A stretch of DNA of 64,000 bases from Pirellulales bacterium (GTDB lineage: Bacteria > Planctomycetota > Planctomycetia > Pirellulales > PALSA-1355): contig CAVTBU010000007.1 of the NCBI GenBank assembly GCA_963733035.1, positions 416,001-480,000 on the forward strand. Reading direction: 5' to 3'. This document shows positions 58,391-64,000 of this stretch, piece after piece (within the stretch, counting starts at the first letter, position 1; each line of letters begins with the position of its first letter). The notes under the pieces are model-generated. The model was not told the origin of the DNA and did no database searches. It worked only from the letters and a program-made list of their open reading frames with translations. Position numbers and translations under genes: made by a program.

Positions 58391-58529
58391 ACTGGACGGT
58401 GCCGGCACTAGCCGAGCCATGTAGCCCTTTTTTTTCTCCATCCTGGGCCAAGACTTGCCAACCGCCGGCGAAGAGAAGTAAGACCTAAGCCGCGCCCCGG
58501 CCCCTTGACCCGTTTTCGGGAGACCAAAC

Positions 58530-58853
58530 ATGCTCGAGCTCTTATCGGACTATCCCTGGCTGCTGGTTTGCATGTTGACGGCCGGAGTGATCGTGGCCTG
58601 CGTGGCAATTGTCTTCATCACCGACTACCTGCGCAAATCGCACCAGGCTGAAATCGACGCCTCACTGAAGCAGGACATGCTCAATCGGGGCATGTCGGCC
58701 GCCGACATTAGAACCGTGCTCGAATCGAGCTCTGACGCCGAGGCCCTGCGGATGGCAAACCAGGGCGTGCGCGTAGGCCTCGGAAAGTTTCAAGTCGAAG
58801 TGGGCGGCGTCAATCAGCCCGCCGCGTCACCGGGCGGCGCTGCCACGCATTAG
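58530..58853 (+). CDS. Small membrane protein
   Basis: TM helix followed by LKQDMLNRGMSAADI. Confidence 0.7.
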   Translation: MLELLSDYPWLLVCMLTAGVIVACVAIVFITDYLRKSHQAEIDASLKQDMLNRGMSAADIRTVLESSSDAEALRMANQGVRVGLGKFQVEVGGVNQPAASPGGAATH

Positions 58854-59710
58854 CCAATCTTTCCAAGCCACTTGCCGATCATCGCCGTTAGCATGTCGTG
58901 GCAGGCTGTGTATTGGTGATCCGCCCCGGCAAGGACCATCACACGCAAACGATTCGCGGGGGTGGCATGCTGTTGCACCAGCTCGGGCATCCCGCGAAAC
59001 GCATCATGCCCCTGCACTTCGGCAGAGCCGTACGTCACGAGCATGGGAGCCTTCACGCGGTCGAGCATCTTCAAAATGTTGTACCGCTCTCCCGGCCCGT
59101 AGCGATCGACGAAACCGGCCGCGGTGACGTAGTAAGCGATTGGAAACTGTACCAGCATCAATGCGTCGCCCCGTCCCTCGGCCACCAGCTTTTCGGCCGC
59201 CGCGAAGTTTTGCAGGAACTCATCCCTGCGGCCCGACCCGCTGAAATGTTCGTACGACAAGCGCGGCGGTGACGCGGCCACGAATGCTGATACTTCCGGC
59301 GGATCGTCCGCGGCCAGCGTCAAGATCGCCTTGATGGCTCCCAGGCTATGCCCGAGCACGCCGATGCGCTGGTACCCGCGCGCGCGCAACAGCTCGATCC
59401 AGGCCCGCAGATCGAGCGGCGCCTCGTCGACGCGTTCGAAGGCAGCGCCCAGCAGGGCGTGTCCGCCGGCCGACGGCCCGGTGCAGAGGATGTCGTGCCC
59501 GCGCGTATTGGCTCGCAGCACGGCTGCGCCGCTGGCCAACAGCCTGGGCGCCAGCCCGGCCAGCGTCGAGGCCGCGTAAAAGTTGCTTCCCGTGCCGTGG
59601 ATGCAGAGCCACGCATCGACGGTCGAAGAACTCCCTTCGATGGGAGTTTCCAGCGCGCCGTGCAGGCGAACGCCGTCGCTTGTCGTCACTTGGATCAGGT
59701 CGACCAGCAT
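58850..59710 (-). CDS. Alpha/beta hydrolase (DUF1749-like)
   Basis: IHGTGSNFY, NTRGHD, GHSLGA, GADHQY; GGAGG RBS. Confidence 0.85.
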   Translation of the reverse strand: MLVDLIQVTTSDGVRLHGALETPIEGSSSTVDAWLCIHGTGSNFYAASTLAGLAPRLLASGAAVLRANTRGHDILCTGPSAGGHALLGAAFERVDEAPLDLRAWIELLRARGYQRIGVLGHSLGAIKAILTLAADDPPEVSAFVAASPPRLSYEHFSGSGRRDEFLQNFAAAEKLVAEGRGDALMLVQFPIAYYVTAAGFVDRYGPGERYNILKMLDRVKAPMLVTYGSAEVQGHDAFRGMPELVQQHATPANRLRVMVLAGADHQYTACHDMLTAMIGKWLGKIG

Positions 59711-59786
59711 CGTACCTCCGGCACGAAAGCGCATGCCGCCTGGGATCACGGAAATGAGTCCGGCGGCCAGAGTCCGACTGCGGCGA

Positions 59787-60257
59787 CTATTGCGGCGGTG
59801 TTGGCGCGGGGCCGCTGCCAAGCTGGGCCAGAATCTGCAGCACGCCGTTGAGGTGGGCCAACCGCGGACCGAAGCGGTCGACAAACTCGTTGAGCATGAA
59901 TTCGCCGTCCATCAGCACGTCCGAATTCTCGCGAATCTCCTCGGTCATGCTTCCCAGGAATTCGACCTGCACCTGGCTCAAGGCCTCGGCGGCCATCCGG
60001 CAACTACGGGCCAGTTCCGGATGCGACTGCTTCCACTGCGTCAATTCTTGATTGCGCTGTCGCTGGGCGGCGGTCATCTGGTTGACCAGCTCCTCGAGCA
60101 ACTCATTTTGTCGGTCTTGGGCCGCCAAAATGTTCCGCAGCAAGCTGGTCTGTTCGTCGGCAGAGTCGCGATCCTCGCGCGCACGGTCGACTTGGGTTCC
60201 GGCCGTGATGTCGACTTGCGTAAACAAGGCAGGCGTGGGACGCGATTCTTGACTCAT
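59787..60257 (-). CDS. Hypothetical coiled-coil protein
   Basis: AAGGAG RBS; QDRQNELLEELV...EFVDRFGPRLAHLN. Confidence 0.75.
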   Translation of the reverse strand: MSQESRPTPALFTQVDITAGTQVDRAREDRDSADEQTSLLRNILAAQDRQNELLEELVNQMTAAQRQRNQELTQWKQSHPELARSCRMAAEALSQVQVEFLGSMTEEIRENSDVLMDGEFMLNEFVDRFGPRLAHLNGVLQILAQLGSGPAPTPPQ

Positions 60258-60619
60258 TTATCGCCGCTCCTTGAGGAAAAATGGCTCCTGAAGACTCGAT
60301 TCTAATCAAACGACCTCGCACTTACCACCACCCGGTAATTCGGCCCCGCTTTTCCGATTGCACGGATTGCACCGGCTGTGTCCCCACCAGATTGTTGACA
60401 GCACCTCGCACTGCCGCACTACCCAATAGCCGCTGATCGCAAGCTGGGCGAACAACGACAACCTTGCCGTCGCAAGGGTTTTAGGTCAATCGCTGCCGTC
60501 GACAAGGTCGCTAAAGTCGCTCGCGCGCCCACCCGATGCAAACAGGGCGGGCAACCACGCGCTCCGCTTCGCACTCACCTGCATTCGCACCCGGAATTGC
60601 CAACACCAGGAATCGCCGC

Positions 60620-61207
60620 ATGAATCGTGCCGAGGAGACTAGCCCGGGCGCCTTGGGGTTTTTGACCGTGCTCCAACATGAACAACTCGGCCTGGCGGGT
60701 GGATATCTGATCCTCAACGCCGCCGGCCGTCCGCTCGAGTTTCACTGCACCGCGCCGGTCAAACCCAATCGAGCCCAGCAGATCCTCTTCGGGCCCACGC
60801 TCGACGCCTACCTCTACGGTGAACAAATCGGCCAGACGCTCCTCGCCAAGGGGGCGCTGCAGCCGGCCGCCGTGTATACGAACGTCGAGCGGGTGTTGGC
60901 CGTGCGAGATTTCGTCTCGCTGCCCGTGGCGCTTGTGCTAGCGGGCGAAGCGTCGTCTGCCCAGACCGTCTCCGCCACGGCCGCTGGCAGCGAATGGCAC
61001 ATTGACACGCCCCACGGATCGAGCGGTCACTTGTCCGTATTCGAATTAGGCCGCAATCGCCTGGCCGTGAACCCCACGCGCGATGCCGACCGTGAGGCCA
61101 TCCTTGCCCACGCGGCCGAACTGGCGGCGTTCGACCTGGCCGAACCGTTTGAAAGGATTCGCGAAGCCGTCGAAGAAGCCCACAAGGTCACCCGCTCCGC
61201 CGCCTGA
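60620..61207 (+). CDS. Hypothetical protein
   Basis: GFLTV...GGYLILNAAGRPLEFHCTAPVKPNRAQQILFG...DLAEPFERIREA. Confidence 0.75.
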   Translation: MNRAEETSPGALGFLTVLQHEQLGLAGGYLILNAAGRPLEFHCTAPVKPNRAQQILFGPTLDAYLYGEQIGQTLLAKGALQPAAVYTNVERVLAVRDFVSLPVALVLAGEASSAQTVSATAAGSEWHIDTPHGSSGHLSVFELGRNRLAVNPTRDADREAILAHAAELAAFDLAEPFERIREAVEEAHKVTRSAA

Positions 61208-61370
61208 GTTGTCGCACCGCTGCGCTTCCCACCTCAAGCCTCGGGTCTCAAGCCTCACGCCTCCCGAATGGACGTCCAAACCTGGCATCCCGAGAAGATT
61301 CGCGTCACAACCACGAGCTCGGTTGTGGCGGCCGAGGCATGCCTTGCTGTGAGCGCCGCCCTTCGCCGAC

Positions 61371-63046
61371 ATGCTGCGTCCGTCGGTCGAAGTGAATAGC
61401 TTGCGGTTCGACGGGCGCATTGCCGCCGCGGTCTCGTTGCCGATGACGCCCCCCAAGCTCAAGGTGGCCAGCTACCAGTTTGGCGTGACCGGCGGATGGC
61501 GCACCCACCTGCCGAAAGTCCAGCCGGCCCAGTCCGCCCTTCCCTGCCCTTCCGCGCCGTTTGAAACACAACAGCCCAGCAAAGCGGCGACGCGGACCCG
61601 AATTCAACCGCCGGGCGACGTCATCAAGCTGGAAGATCGACTGTTCTACGTGTTGCAACCGTCGCTCGAGGCGATGATCGGCGACAGCGCACTTTCGTTC
61701 CCGGCCCATCCGTTCCCTTACCAATTCGAAGGCATCGCCTTCCTCTACCCGCGTTACTCCGCGGTGCTAGCCGATGAGATGGGCCTCGGCAAAACGATGC
61801 AGGCCATCACTGCCGTGCGGCTGCTGCTGCACGCTGGCGAGATCGAACGAGTGTTGTTCGTGTGCCCCAAGCCGTTGGTGACAAACTGGCAGCGCGAGTT
61901 CGCGCACTGGGCGCCGAGCTGCCCGCCATGGCCATCGAGGGCGACCAGGCCAAGCGGCGCTGGCAATGGCAGCAGACCGACATGCCCGTCAAGATCGCCA
62001 ACTACGAAGCCCTCTCGCGCGACCGCGACGCGATCGCCGAGTTGGGCCTCTCGTTCGACCTGGTCGTGCTCGACGAAGCGCAGCGAATCAAAAACCGCTC
62101 GAGCGCAACCAGCCAAAGCGTGCGCGAGCTATCGCGGCGCCGCAGCTGGGCGCTGACCGGCACGCCCGTGGAAAACAGCCCGCAAGATCTGGTCGGCATT
62201 TTCGAATTCCTCGCGCCGGGCTACCTCAGTGACACGATGAAGCCCCGCAAGATGGGCAAGGCCGCCGCCGAGTACGTTCTGCGGCGCACCAAGGACAAGG
62301 TACTCACCGACCTGCCTCCCAAGATGTTTCGCGACGCCGAGATCGACCTGAGCCCCGCGCAGTGGGCCAGCTACGAACTGGCCGAGAAAGAAGGCGTGGT
62401 CAAGCTGACCGAGATGGGCCAGGAGGCCACGATCCAGCACGTGTTCGAGCTGGTGCTGCGGCTCAAGCAAATCTGCAACTTCGACCCGGCCACGGGCGAC
62501 AGCGCGAAGTTCGAGCGGCTCGCGGCCGACCTGGACGAAGTGGCCGCCAGCGGCCGCAAGGCGATCGTCTTCAGCCAATGGGTTGGCACGCTCGAAACGC
62601 TGGCCAGCCGGCTCGGGCATCTGCATCCCCTGCTCTACCACGGCGGCGTGGCTCCCAAGCATCGCGACGAGGTGCTCGACCAGTTCAAGCGCGACAAGCG
62701 GCGCAACGTGCTGCTGCTCAGCTACGGCGCCGGCGGCGTGGGACTCAACCTGCAGTTCAGCGAGTACGTGTTCCTGTTCGACCGCTGGTGGAATCCGGCC
62801 GTCGAAGACCAGGCCGTCAACCGCGCCCACCGCATTGGCGCCGCCGGCCCGGTCACCGTCACGCGTTTCATCGCGCTGGAAACGATTGAGCAGCGGATCG
62901 ACCAGATCCTCCGCGAAAAGCGCGAGCTGTTCGACACCATCTTCAACGACGCCGAGCCCACGAAAAACCTTGGCCTGACGCAAAGCGAAATCTTCGGCCT
63001 CTTCAAGCTCCGCTGTCCCAGCGGCCCCATCGACGTGGCGGCCTAA
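61371..63046 (+). CDS. SNF2-family ATPase/helicase (frameshift ~61915; start uncertain)
   Basis: [65 protein letters not shown]. Confidence 0.92.
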
Positions 63047-63051
63047 GCGAC

Positions 63052-63915
63052 TTACCAGAGTCGGTCGCTGACGAACACGATCGTTTTGCCATCCGGCGAC
63101 CAGTCGGGCTGGCGGTTGCGCCCCTTTTGAGCAGGCACACGCTGGGGAGGCGTATCGTCGTTCACCTCGACGATGTACAGCCGATTGGCGTCCGAATAGA
63201 CCAGCCGACTGCCATCCGGCGAGAACGAGACCGTGCCACCGGAATTGGACTTCACTCGCGCGTGCGAGCCTTCCGCGCCGCCGGGCACGCCCACCAGGAG
63301 CAGTTGGCAATTGCCGCGCTCCTTTTCGCGCACGGTCACGGCCAGGCGCTTTCCGTCGGGCGTGAAGTTGAAGCCGCGAAAGACTTCAAAGTAGGGCTGG
63401 GCGAATAACTCCGCGGTCGCGCCGCCGGCAATATCGGTCACCTGCACGTTCTTGCCGTCCGTGATGGCAAAGCGGCTGCCATCGGGCGACCAGCGCAGCG
63501 TTCTGCCCGGCAGCAGCATGCTCGGCCCCGTGCCATCAAGTTGATACACCGCGACCTGCGCGTGGCCTTTGCTGTCAAACGCGTAGCAGGCCAGCTTGCT
63601 GCCGTCCGGCGCCCAGGAAGGCAAGGAGCCACGCCCGAGCTCACGCAAACCCGTGCCGTCGGCATTAATCAGGAACAGCTTGCGAACGTTCTTGCCGTCC
63701 TCGCGCGCGTTGAAGGCCACGGTCTTGCCGTCTGGCGACCAGGCCGGATATTCGTGATGGTGATGTCCCTCCACGCGAACCAGCAGTCGCACCTGGCTGC
63801 CGTCGACGTTCATCACGCAGATCCCCGTGGTGTCGTCGGCGGCCTGAGCTGAAATCGAAATCAAGCAGACAACGACCGTCGACCACAGCATCCAAGCTGG
63901 CAGCAGTCTTGTCAT
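63052..63915 (-). CDS. Exported TolB/PD40-repeat beta-propeller protein
   Basis: Six (W/F)(S/A/T)PDG repeats; signal peptide. Confidence 0.88.
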   Translation of the reverse strand: MTRLLPAWMLWSTVVVCLISISAQAADDTTGICVMNVDGSQVRLLVRVEGHHHHEYPAWSPDGKTVAFNAREDGKNVRKLFLINADGTGLRELGRGSLPSWAPDGSKLACYAFDSKGHAQVAVYQLDGTGPSMLLPGRTLRWSPDGSRFAITDGKNVQVTDIAGGATAELFAQPYFEVFRGFNFTPDGKRLAVTVREKERGNCQLLLVGVPGGAEGSHARVKSNSGGTVSFSPDGSRLVYSDANRLYIVEVNDDTPPQRVPAQKGRNRQPDWSPDGKTIVFVSDRLW

Positions 63916-64000
63916 GACGTATCTCCAGTGTTTGCGTGCAACCGGCGCGGGTGAGCGACAAGCGCGATGATCGCACGACGTCACGCTCGTATCAAGCAAC

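Overview
GC-rich chromosomal window from a planctomycete (Pirellulales-like), judged from a TIGR03067-like protein, planctomycete cytochrome c domains, a DUF1080-ThuA fusion, a Tat-exported Gfo/Idh/MocA enzyme and the atp operon layout. It is mostly housekeeping and accessory genes: thiC, metH, thiO, larE, hisA, an atypical EF-G, cysE, a complete F1Fo operon with a DUF4870-like gene inserted, msrB, an SNF2 helicase, a Ser/Thr kinase and a split ebo-like cluster. About ten genes, including atpB and hisA, carry short indels, most likely sequencing or assembly errors. Highlights read directly from the sequence: (1) an 18-codon Cys-rich leader ORF before cysE whose Cys codons pair over ~18 bp with the cysE Shine-Dalgarno, a candidate cysteine-sensing translational attenuator; (2) a REP-associated tyrosine transposase flanked by two inverted REP pairs, with three more REP copies far away, one showing compensatory changes; (3) long structured non-coding leaders before a Rho-N/DUF4912 gene and before metH; (4) a possible orphan toxin-remnant/immunity cassette. 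All family assignments come from motif recognition; no database searches were run.
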